A stretch of 18,111 bases of DNA. It comes from a candidate division WOR-3 bacterium. Its GTDB lineage: Bacteria > Hydrothermota > Tepidihabitantia > SM23-42 > JAOAFX01. The stretch spans positions 1 through 18,111 of the forward strand of contig JBDRWI010000047.1 in the NCBI GenBank assembly GCA_039802265.1, written 5' to 3'. The notes beneath the pieces were generated by a model, which made no database searches, was not told where the DNA came from, and worked only from the letters and a program-made list of their open reading frames with translations. This document shows positions 1-7,497 of this stretch, in pieces; position 1 is the stretch's first letter, and the number at the start of each line of letters is the position of its first letter. Made by a program: the position numbers and the translations under genes.

Positions 1-15
1 GGTTTATTTTAATCT

Positions 16-53
16 TCCTCCCCCTTTGATGGGGGAGGATAAAGGTGGGGGTG
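16..53. repeat. G/C-tract hairpin element (TCCTCCCCC-tttgat-GGGGGAGGA followed by TAAAGGTGGGGGTGA), REP-like intergenic palindrome
   Basis: Perfect 9-bp stem 16-24/31-39 followed by a G-rich tail; resembles dispersed intergenic CCTCCCC..GGGGAGG..GGTGGGGGTG repeats. May also act as a terminator for an upstream gene outside the window. Confidence 0.5.
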
Positions 54-168
54 AAAAATAAGGCTGGCGTCCAAGGATAAAATAATAATAAAGCGATTAA
101 AGCGGGGGATAAAACGATGGAGGTAATTAAAAGAATGAGCGCTTCGCAAATGACGGAAAATGCGGTGT

Positions 169-183
169 TTCGGAATTTCCGAA
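169..183. promoter_or_regulatory. Palindrome TTCGGAA-T-TTCCGAA, candidate operator or short repeat upstream of the FG-GAP gene
   Basis: Perfect 7-1-7 inverted repeat, with imperfect extension GGTG..CACC (164-187), ~30 bp before the start codon. Confidence 0.35.
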
Positions 184-211
184 CACCCACACAATTTTTA
201 TAAGGAGGTGA

Positions 212-2014
212 ATGGTGAAGAAAATTTTATTTTTATTTTTTGTAGCAATAATCTTTTTTTCACTGGTTTTTGCGTTGAGTTATATTGAGTCATCGCAGGG
301 GCTTGAAAATCCGGCAATGGAAAGTGGTAGAACCGAACTGGAGATGGTAGACATAAATAACGATGGCAACATTGACATATTATCTATTGGCGACCACGGT
401 TCACCTTATGTAAATACCCAGGAACACGGGGTAATGGTCTGGTTTGGCAATGGACAGGGTGTCTGGAGTGTATATCAGAATGGAAATTTTGGCTATGGGG
501 GAATTGCCGTCGGGGATGTCAATAATGATGGCTTATTGGACATCGGCTATGGAATGCATCATAACTATTCCGGCGCTGATTTTGGTGATTCCATTATTGA
601 GGTGGCATTGGGTGATGGAACTGGTCAAAACTGGACACCCTGGGATGATGGTATTTCAATCGGCGACCCTGACTCCTGGGGAATGTTCTGCACCGATTTT
701 GCCGATATTGATAACGATGGAGATCTGGATTTTGGCGGTAATTCATTTGGTGCGGATGATGGTATTCACATCTTTGTAAATCATAATGACGGTACCTGGC
801 ATCAATGCTTTGGCTTCATTGGGGGAAATTCAACTATGGACTTTATCTTCGGTGATATAAATAATGACGGCTATACTGATTTTTGTGCTGCCCATCAATA
901 TGGTAGCATATATCTTGGTAATGGGGCAGGTGGTTTTGTAAATGCTGATGGCAATCTGCCACCGGGTGGTATTCTGGGTAGAATTGGTCCATCCCTGGGT
1001 GATGTTGATAACGACGGTGATTTGGATTTTTCCTTCTGCAATTCAAGCGGTGGTGTAGAGGTATGGATATGGCAGGGCAACAACACCTGGGCATCTTTTT
1101 CTGCCAACCTACCCACCAGCGGACCCTATGAACTTACCCAGCTCTATGATATGAATATTGATGGATTTGTGGATGTTTGTGCCTTTGGTGATAGCACAAT
1201 TACGATCTGGTGTGGTGATGGTGCAGGTAACTGGGTAATGGACACTACATTTTATACACCAGGGCCAGGATATGCACGTGCATTCAGAGTTGGGGCGGAT
1301 GCGGACCATAACGGTTATCCTGATATAGTTGTTGTGGAAGAGGAAGGAGACCCCTGGAGTCCAATAAACCATCCCCGTTTTTACAAAGAATCTTCAACAC
1401 CTGATAGTCTCTTTATCTTCCCCGTATTCCCCAGGGGAGGTCAGAAGTTCTACCGTGGTTCAGTGCAGTTTATAAGATGGACCTGCGCGGTCCCGGCTGG
1501 AAATGCAACGATAAAACTTGAATTATCAACCACCGGCTCAAATGGTCCATGGATAATGATCGCTGATAATCTAAAAAATAATTGTATTTATCAATGGCAC
1601 ATCCCAGCCGATATCCAAGGTTCCGATAATTGCTATATCCGATTTACCGCTGCAACTACAACCGATACTACAGTCGCAACTAATCCTCAACCATTTACAA
1701 TACTCCCCGTTGTTGGAATTAAAGAGACAATCAAAGAAGAAATCAAAATGTCCGAGTTAATGATTTTGCCCAATCCAGCAAGAAGCAAGGTATCAATAAA
1801 GATTCTTACAGAAGAAGGAAGAACACAAATAAAAATTTATGATAATAACGGGATATTGATAAGAAATCTCTTTACAATCAACGGCACCGGGGGATTTAAT
1901 CTATACTGGGATATGAAAGACCAGCGGGGTTTATCTGTGCCGGCCGGTGTATATTTTGTCAGACTGGAAAACGGCATTAAGGCACTTGAAAGAAAAGTGG
2001 TGATAATGAGATAA
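212..2014 (+). CDS. Secreted FG-GAP/VCBS-repeat beta-propeller protein with Ig-like domain and C-terminal FlgD-Ig/T9SS type A-like sorting domain
   Basis: Signal peptide (KKILFLFFVAIIFFSLVFA); about seven Dx[DN]xDG repeats (DINNDGNIDI, DVNNDGLLDI, DIDNDGDLDF, DINNDGYTDF, DVDNDGDLDF, DMNIDGFVDV, DADHNGYPDI); C-terminus ILPNP..IKIYDNNG..YWDMKDQRG..PAGVYFVRL. SD AGGAGG at 203-208, whose spacing favours GTG at 215 as the real start. Confidence 0.88.
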   Translation: MVKKILFLFFVAIIFFSLVFALSYIESSQGLENPAMESGRTELEMVDINNDGNIDILSIGDHGSPYVNTQEHGVMVWFGNGQGVWSVYQNGNFGYGGIAVGDVNNDGLLDIGYGMHHNYSGADFGDSIIEVALGDGTGQNWTPWDDGISIGDPDSWGMFCTDFADIDNDGDLDFGGNSFGADDGIHIFVNHNDGTWHQCFGFIGGNSTMDFIFGDINNDGYTDFCAAHQYGSIYLGNGAGGFVNADGNLPPGGILGRIGPSLGDVDNDGDLDFSFCNSSGGVEVWIWQGNNTWASFSANLPTSGPYELTQLYDMNIDGFVDVCAFGDSTITIWCGDGAGNWVMDTTFYTPGPGYARAFRVGADADHNGYPDIVVVEEEGDPWSPINHPRFYKESSTPDSLFIFPVFPRGGQKFYRGSVQFIRWTCAVPAGNATIKLELSTTGSNGPWIMIADNLKNNCIYQWHIPADIQGSDNCYIRFTAATTTDTTVATNPQPFTILPVVGIKETIKEEIKMSELMILPNPARSKVSIKILTEEGRTQIKIYDNNGILIRNLFTINGTGGFNLYWDMKDQRGLSVPAGVYFVRLENGIKALERKVVIMR

Positions 2015-2016
2015 AA

Positions 2017-2050
2017 CAAGATATTCAGGAATTATCCACTGAATATCTTG
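2017..2050. promoter_or_regulatory. 12-bp perfect inverted repeat CAAGATATTCAG-N10-CTGAATATCTTG (terminator hairpin and/or operator overlapping the -35 box at 2048)
   Basis: Arms 2017-2028 and 2039-2050, starting 2 nt after the FG-GAP stop codon; the right arm shares TTG with TTGACA. Confidence 0.55.
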
Positions 2051-2076
2051 ACATAGGAGTGATATTAAGGTATAAT
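2048..2076 (+). promoter_or_regulatory. Consensus sigma70 promoter TTGACA-N17-TATAAT with no credible protein gene downstream
   Basis: TTGACA 2048-2053, TATAAT 2071-2076. Confidence 0.8.
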
Positions 2077-2116
2077 TGAGTGCTTGTTCGCAAGATCTAC
2101 TCTAAGAAATAGAGTT

Positions 2117-2128
2117 TGGTCTTTGACA
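2117..2128 (+). promoter_or_regulatory. boxA-like Nus antitermination site preceded by two small hairpins
   Basis: TGGTCTTTGACA matches E. coli rrn boxA TGCTCTTTAACA at 10/12; preceded by CTTG-TTCG-CAAG (2083-2094) and ACTCTA-AGAAA-TAGAGT (2099-2115). Confidence 0.45.
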
Positions 2129-2459
2129 AATTACTAAATTTTTTCCTTTATAGCCTGCCATTTTCCAAAAGTCCTCTTTATCACTTGAGAAAGAAAAAGG
2201 ATGCCGTCCCTGAATTTGGTTCAAAAAGTGCGGGAAGCAGGGGCAGTCGGGCTTTGGGTTGACTCAAAACGGCAAAAAAGCAGGGTACTCAACACAAAAA
2301 TTTTCGAAAGTGGGTGTTTTAAATTTGTTGAAATCCAAGCAGTTTTTTTCTGGTTGTGGCGGATGACAGGAGAAAACAGTCATTGGGATAAAAGATGGGC
2401 GCTGCCGGACACAAACAGGGGCAATAAGTATAGTAAAATCGGACGAAAATAGGTATGCG

Positions 2460-2496
2460 GTCTGAATCATTTCCTTGATTAATAAAGGATTGTGAC
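2460..2496 (+). CRISPR. Single orphan CRISPR-repeat-like unit (37 nt), no array
   Basis: GTCTGAATCATTTCCTTGATTAATAAAGGATTGTGAC: 37 nt, GTC..GAC termini, internal AATC/GATT and TCCTT/AAGGA dyads; resembles repeats ending GGATTNNGAC seen at type III loci. Only one copy and no cas genes in the window. Confidence 0.5.
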
Positions 2497-2566
2497 GTCC
2501 TTTACCATTGTCTTGCCAATGAAGAAACTGGGTTCCGTTGGCGTCGTAAAAGGTAAGTTTTTCCCA

Positions 2567-2632
2567 AAATGTAGGGCAAGGCTTTAGCCTTGCAATTAAA
2601 TTAAAGCTAACCTAAAGGTTTGCCCTACATTT
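2567..2632. repeat. GTAG-type REP doublet (REPIN-like)
   Basis: Outer 13-bp IR AAATGTAGGGCAA/TTGCCCTACATTT; unit 1 GTAGGGCAAGGCTTTAGCCTTGC (2571-2593), unit 2 on the minus strand GTAGGGCAAACCTTTAGGTTAGC (2628-2606); each is GTAG plus a hairpin. Confidence 0.8.
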
Positions 2633-2879
2633 GTCTAAAAAAATTCCAAATTTTTGAATTATTTATAAAAATTTTTGGGAAAACTAAACTGGTTACTACC
2701 TAACAGGAGGTTCCTCTCCCTTTTAAGGAAGGTAATCGGTAATTTTTCCCGAGAAATTCCCCCTTTATTCCCTTCATCAAGGGCGGAGAAGTAAATGCTG
2801 ATTTTTTGGAGCGAAGTTTGTTTCGCATCAATAAGAATAAAAAAGAGCACGAGCTGAACCACTTCTATCCCGATAAGAT

Positions 2880-2898
2880 GCAGACCGAGGTCTGCTAC
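2880..2898 (-). repeat. Second GTAG-type REP (GTAGCAGACCTCGGTCTGC)
   Basis: Minus strand reads GTAG overlapping a GCAGACC-TC-GGTCTGC hairpin. Confidence 0.6.
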
Positions 2899-2958
2899 TC
2901 CGAAAATTATAAAAATTTTCTGAAACTAAACTATTACGCAGGGATGAGGGTTGAAGTT

Positions 2959-2989
2959 TCAGGGGCATTAGCCCCTGATTATGTTATTT
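2959..2989 (+). terminator. Hairpin TCAGGGGC-ATTA-GCCCCTGA plus T-rich tail; probable terminator between the non-coding interval and the ftsK 3' end
   Basis: 8-bp stem 2959-2966/2971-2978 followed by TTATGTTATTT on the + strand; 34 nt from the ftsK stop codon. Confidence 0.5.
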
Positions 2990-3012
2990 AATCAGCCCGA
3001 TTGGGGATTCTT

Positions 3013-5301
3013 TTATTGGTATTTTAAGATTATCTCTTCCAGTTCGTCCTGATTCTGGATTAATACCTTTCTTGATTTACTCCCCTGAAATGGTTCAACA
3101 ATCCCGGCGGCCTCAAGTTGGTCAATGATTCTACCAGCACGGGCATAGCCGAGATTGAGTCTTCTTTGGAGTAAAGATACGCTGGCAACCTGATGCCTGA
3201 ATACTAACCGCGCTGCCTCAGGAAACATCGGGTCCACTTCACCCTCACTGGCTAATGTTGGTTCCGGTGTTTCAGCCATTACCTCGCCCAATTTGGGATA
3301 ATATCCGTTTTCAATTATCTCATCTATCTTTTCTTCAGGGATAATATTCATCAAAGACTTTTTCTTTTCTTCAAATGCCGGGTCATCCTGATCAACAAAT
3401 ACTGTCCATAACTCTTCATCAAGGATTGTCTTTACAATCTCTTCTATATCTTCTTCAAGGTCCTTGAGTAAGTCATAGAGATACTGTCGGGCAATCAGAT
3501 TGCTTATTCCACAGACCTCATCAGTGGAGATATAGGCACCGTGCAATCTAATCGGTGTTCCTTTACCCGGAGGCAAGAATAACATATCACCTCTGCCCAG
3601 GAGGGATTCGGCACCATTCATATCCAGGATGGTTCTTGAGTCGGTCTTGGAGGCAACCTGGAATGCAATCCGGCAGGGGAAGTTTGCCTTGATCAATCCG
3701 GTGATGACATCAACCGATGGCCGCTGGGTGGCAAGGATCAGATGAATTCCTACTGCCCGGGACATCTGGGCAAGTCTGGTAATACTTTCTTCAAATTCAC
3801 TCGGGGCAGTGAGCATCAGGTCAGCAAGTTCGTCCACAATTACTACGATATAGGGCTTTATCTCGCCATTCTTTTTCCGCATCTTCTCGTTGTAGCCATC
3901 AATATCGCGGACATTTTCGCGCGCAAAGTCGCGATACCTTGATTCCATTATCGCCACCAGCCCTTCAAGTTCTTCAACTGCATCCTTGGGTTCGGTTATT
4001 GTCTTACGTAATTGATGGGGAATTGGATTATACATCGGGAGTTCGAGCCTTTTTGGATCAATCATTAAAAAGCGCACATCACGGTATGTAGTATGAAATA
4101 AAAGGCTGGCGATTATGGTATTTATGCATACGCTCTTACCCGAGCCAGTAGTACCGGCAATCAACATATGGGGCATTGTTGAAATATCATCGCTAACCGG
4201 CTTACCGGTTATATCCTCACCGAGAACAATCGCCAAAGGTGAGGGATTGGATTCAAAACCGGAATCAAGGAGGCAGTTTTTCAGGTAGACCAGACTCCGT
4301 TCTTTATTAGGAACCTCAATACCAACTGCTGACTTTCCAGGTATTGGCGCCACAATCCTTACCCTTGTTGCCTTTAGTGCCAGTGCAAGGTCGTTATCAA
4401 GATTGGCAATCCTGCTCACCTTGATCCCGGGCGCCGGTTCAAACTCAAATCTGGTAATAACCGGTCCCGATTCATAATTTGTAACCCTGCCCTGGACATC
4501 AAACTCGGCAAGGCGCTGTTCAAGGATTTTTTTCTCCTTTTCCAAGACCTCTGTGTCGATGCCCACTTTTTTTGTTGGCTCGGCAAGAATCTTTAAGAAT
4601 TCGGTGCGGAAGTCAATTGCCGGGATTTCCTTCTTCTTCCGGCGCGGTGGGGTCTTTTCTTTTATAACATCTTCTTCCGTAGACTCTTTAATTTCTGGTT
4701 CCTCCTCCACTACGGTCTTTGGTTTTTCAACCTTTGCTGTGGAATTGGTTTTTTTAGGAATTATGAATTTCTTCATTGTCATAAAGGCGATAATCAGAAT
4801 GCCGAAGGCAATAATAGTATAGGTTCCCAGATTACCAAAGTATCTCAAAAGAAATTCTTTAATGAGCATGCCGACTTTTCCTCCACTATCAATATTCTGA
4901 AGGGGGCTCCATCTTAAGAGTAGTGAAAGCAGGACATTGCCAATTACGCCGATAGGAATCAAATATAATAAATGGTAGCCATCTTTTATTTCCTGTGTAG
5001 TTAGATATAAATACCCAAGGTATAGAAGTATCCCTGGGATTACGAAGAAATATAGCCCGATCAATGAAAAGGCCCAATATGATGTATAATAACCAAAGAG
5101 ACCCCCAAAGTTTTTGTATTTTTCGCTGGGGAATAGTAAAAAAGAAATCTGGGAGATCAAAAAGAGGATGCCTAAAAGTGCGGCGATTATGCCGGTAAGT
5201 TTTCTTCTCTTTGGTGCATCAAGATATCGGGCAATATAAAACAATACAGCACAGGCAAGGGTTAAAATAAAGATCGCGACAATCACCGCCAGTAACGGCA
5301 T
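3013..5301 (-). CDS. ftsK: DNA translocase FtsK/SpoIIIE
   Basis: N-terminal TM helices; alpha domain GPVITRFEFEPAPGIKVS; Walker A PHMLIAGTTGSGKS; IDPK; Walker B VVIVDELADLM; LATQRPSVDVITG; GAESLLGRGDML; gamma domain SVSLLQRRLNLGYARAGRIIDQLE. ATG at 5301 is preferred over TTG 5307, which overlaps the -10 box. Confidence 0.97.
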   Translation of the reverse strand: MPLLAVIVAIFILTLACAVLFYIARYLDAPKRRKLTGIIAALLGILFLISQISFLLFPSEKYKNFGGLFGYYTSYWAFSLIGLYFFVIPGILLYLGYLYLTTQEIKDGYHLLYLIPIGVIGNVLLSLLLRWSPLQNIDSGGKVGMLIKEFLLRYFGNLGTYTIIAFGILIIAFMTMKKFIIPKKTNSTAKVEKPKTVVEEEPEIKESTEEDVIKEKTPPRRKKKEIPAIDFRTEFLKILAEPTKKVGIDTEVLEKEKKILEQRLAEFDVQGRVTNYESGPVITRFEFEPAPGIKVSRIANLDNDLALALKATRVRIVAPIPGKSAVGIEVPNKERSLVYLKNCLLDSGFESNPSPLAIVLGEDITGKPVSDDISTMPHMLIAGTTGSGKSVCINTIIASLLFHTTYRDVRFLMIDPKRLELPMYNPIPHQLRKTITEPKDAVEELEGLVAIMESRYRDFARENVRDIDGYNEKMRKKNGEIKPYIVVIVDELADLMLTAPSEFEESITRLAQMSRAVGIHLILATQRPSVDVITGLIKANFPCRIAFQVASKTDSRTILDMNGAESLLGRGDMLFLPPGKGTPIRLHGAYISTDEVCGISNLIARQYLYDLLKDLEEDIEEIVKTILDEELWTVFVDQDDPAFEEKKKSLMNIIPEEKIDEIIENGYYPKLGEVMAETPEPTLASEGEVDPMFPEAARLVFRHQVASVSLLQRRLNLGYARAGRIIDQLEAAGIVEPFQGSKSRKVLIQNQDELEEIILKYQ

Positions 5302-5306
5302 ATTCA

Positions 5307-5334
5307 ATTTTACCTAAATTTATAGTTTTGTCAA
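5307..5334 (-). promoter_or_regulatory. ftsK promoter TTGACA-N16-TAAAAT, apparently leaderless
   Basis: Minus strand TTGACA 5334-5329, TAAAAT 5312-5307, ATG 5 nt later; no SD. Confidence 0.7.
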
Positions 5335-5365
5335 TACACCCAGCGTTATTCAAATAAACCAACCC

Positions 5366-5393
5366 TTGACCCATAAGTATTTCTGACTATAAT
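5366..5393 (+). promoter_or_regulatory. Promoter of the ATPase operon, TTGACC-N16-TATAAT, apparently leaderless
   Basis: TTGACC 5366-5371, TATAAT 5388-5393, ATG at 5400 after 6 nt; no SD. Confidence 0.72.
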
Positions 5394-5399
5394 AAAATT

Positions 5400-6239
5400 A
5401 TGCAGGAAGTCCTTGAAGGGTTGAAAGGGCTAATAAAAAGTTCCCAGCGGATTAAAAAATTGCTTGATAGTTATACAAAGTTAAAAGAAGACCCAGTACT
5501 TAATGCCTATTTAATGGAAAAGAAAGTCCTTGAAATATCAAAGATTGTCAATTCCCTGCCGGATTTTGTGATCAAAGAATCCTTAATCACCTGGTTGAGT
5601 CAGCAGAAGGAGATACTGGAAAAGGCAAAGGAAGATTTCCGTTTTATGGTGGGTGAGCGGATTAAAGAATTTTTTCAAAAGGAAAACATAAAAATAAAAG
5701 GGCAATTTCCTAATCTGCGTATCGGCCTTTATACATTGAAGATGAATTTTGAATTCGGTGAGGCAACACTCTATTTTGGTCCGGAGATTGAAAGGATAAA
5801 ATCAAAAATTCCCCTTGAGCCAATGACAATTTACCAGACAGTGAAGCAATATGATGAAGAGTTGAAAGATATAAAGTTTGAACCCTATGAGTTTCATCAG
5901 GATTTATTGACTGCCTATCAAAGAAGGCTTTCTTTGTTGAACAAACCCTGTGGTGAAAAGTTGTTAATCACTGAGGTATTGAGTGAATATGTGATTACCA
6001 AGCAACCACCACAATTTTTTACTGACCCCCGAAAGGAAAACTATAAAGAATTTTCCCGGACAAAGCTTTCTTATCTGTTATATCGCTATAAAAACTCCGA
6101 ACTTTCCATTAAAAAACCCCGTTTTTATGTCGCCACATTTGATGCTACCACCGATAGAAGGCGTGCCTTATGGATTCCGGATAATGAAGAAGGTGAGGGC
6201 ACATACTACTCGTACATTGCCTTTGAGAAAGACACTTAA
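5400..6239 (+). CDS. Hypothetical protein (279 aa), first gene of the tandem DUF2791 ATPase operon
   Basis: Long ORF with its own promoter; helical/coiled-coil-like N-terminus; C-terminal alpha/beta segment FSRTKLSYLLYRY..VATFDATTDRRRALWIP..GEGTYYSYIAF; stop codon 1 nt before the next ATG. Confidence 0.85.
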   Translation: MQEVLEGLKGLIKSSQRIKKLLDSYTKLKEDPVLNAYLMEKKVLEISKIVNSLPDFVIKESLITWLSQQKEILEKAKEDFRFMVGERIKEFFQKENIKIKGQFPNLRIGLYTLKMNFEFGEATLYFGPEIERIKSKIPLEPMTIYQTVKQYDEELKDIKFEPYEFHQDLLTAYQRRLSLLNKPCGEKLLITEVLSEYVITKQPPQFFTDPRKENYKEFSRTKLSYLLYRYKNSELSIKKPRFYVATFDATTDRRRALWIPDNEEGEGTYYSYIAFEKDT

Positions 6240-6240
6240 G

Positions 6241-7497
6241 ATGGATAGAATAACTCCAACTCTTGCCAAGGCGATTATTCATAAACTTGCTGGTTATGGA
6301 ACACCCCCGGAGTTTGGCGTTGAATACTTCAGTGTTGGGCTTGATCCCTATCTGCGGGTTATTGAAGATGAATATCTCAATGATGTTTTGAAGTGTAACC
6401 TTTCTTCTTTTAAATTGGTTACCGGTAATTATGGCGGTGGTAAGACCCATTTTCTATATTCAGTCCGCAATCTCGCCTGGAAATATAACTATGTAACAAG
6501 TTATGTATCATTGAGCGCGACTGAATGCCCCTTTGACCGCCTTGAACTGGTCTATAAGAAGATCGTTTCCAATATCACCTCGGCATTGAGTGAAGAGGAT
6601 ATACTCAAGCCCTGGGAGTTGGGTATTGATGTTCTTCTGCGCAAGTGGTATCAAAGGGTAAAGGAAGAGCGAAACTTCCTCTCCCTGGTCAAAAATTTAG
6701 AGAGCATAAGTTATACAAATGGTATAAAGGGGGCTTTGATGAATCTCGCCAGTGATGATGAAGAAGGTTTCACTTCTTTGGTTCAGTGGCTGAAGGGGGA
6801 AGAGATACCAAGGGAATTGAGATTGAGATACCGTATATCGGAAAGGATTGACCGCACCACTGCCTTCAGGATGCTCAGGAGTTTGATTCAGTTTGTAAAT
6901 TCAATCGGATATAGCGGGCTCATTTTGTTGTTTGACGAGGCAGAACGGGGAATGAGTATTGCCTCTGCCAGGGATAAAAGGAGGGCACTTGATAATCTGC
7001 GTCAGATTATTGATGAATGTGGAAATTCACGCCTGCCTGGGGCAATGTTTTTCTATGCAGTTCCAGATGAGAATCTTCTGCTTGAGGGAACCGGCGGGGT
7101 TTATGAGGCATTGAATCAGCGCCTCCGTTCAAGTTTTACCAAGGTAAATCCGATGGGAGTGAAGATAAACCTTGAGGAGATTGGAATAACTCCGGAGGAT
7201 TTTCTATTAAGTTTGAGCAAGAAACTGGCTGGTATATTTGAATCTGCTTATTCATTTGAATTTGAACCGGCAGTTTTTGATAAATCGGTGAAAAATATGA
7301 TAGACGCAATCCTGGAGATGCAGATTCTTGATATCAGTTATCGCCGGATATTTGTGGTGGGAATAATTGATGCCTTTCAGAAAATGCGAGATAAGAACAT
7401 ACCGATAGATAAAAATACCGCCCGTCAAATCCTGCGTGCAACAGCAAGTATGCTTTTAAAGAAAGAAAAAGAGGAAGTTGAACGCGAAGAATTTTAA
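6241..7497 (+). CDS. BrxD/DUF2791-family P-loop ATPase (paralog 1)
   Basis: GTPPEFGVEYFSVG; Walker A GNYGGGKTH; LVQWLKGE; Walker B GYSGLILLFDEAE; YEALNQRL. ATG 6241 directly follows the upstream stop, so the 6127 start in the ORF track is unlikely. Confidence 0.88.
   Translation: MDRITPTLAKAIIHKLAGYGTPPEFGVEYFSVGLDPYLRVIEDEYLNDVLKCNLSSFKLVTGNYGGGKTHFLYSVRNLAWKYNYVTSYVSLSATECPFDRLELVYKKIVSNITSALSEEDILKPWELGIDVLLRKWYQRVKEERNFLSLVKNLESISYTNGIKGALMNLASDDEEGFTSLVQWLKGEEIPRELRLRYRISERIDRTTAFRMLRSLIQFVNSIGYSGLILLFDEAERGMSIASARDKRRALDNLRQIIDECGNSRLPGAMFFYAVPDENLLLEGTGGVYEALNQRLRSSFTKVNPMGVKINLEEIGITPEDFLLSLSKKLAGIFESAYSFEFEPAVFDKSVKNMIDAILEMQILDISYRRIFVVGIIDAFQKMRDKNIPIDKNTARQILRATASMLLKKEKEEVEREEF

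Noticed and set aside
9..194. 61-aa minus-strand ORF
   Set aside because: Runs through a hairpin repeat, has no recognisable motif and uses a non-ATG start.
2080..2460. rRNA operon following the promoter and boxA
   Set aside because: No rRNA or tRNA sequence follows; none recognised anywhere in the window.
2201..2470. 83-aa (+) and 68-aa (-) ORFs in the leader region
   Set aside because: No motifs, they overlap each other and lack a good SD; better explained as non-coding leader, although a small peptide cannot be excluded.
2460..2570. Multi-repeat CRISPR array
   Set aside because: No second repeat copy, even degenerate, is visible after the expected spacer length.
2659..2991. 67-aa (-) and 61-aa (+) ORFs
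   Set aside because: They translate REP/MITE-like repeats and show no protein signal.
6127..6240. N-terminal extension of ATPase 1 from ATG 6127
   Set aside because: Overlaps the upstream gene by 113 nt; ATG 6241 directly follows its stop and matches where the family-like sequence begins.
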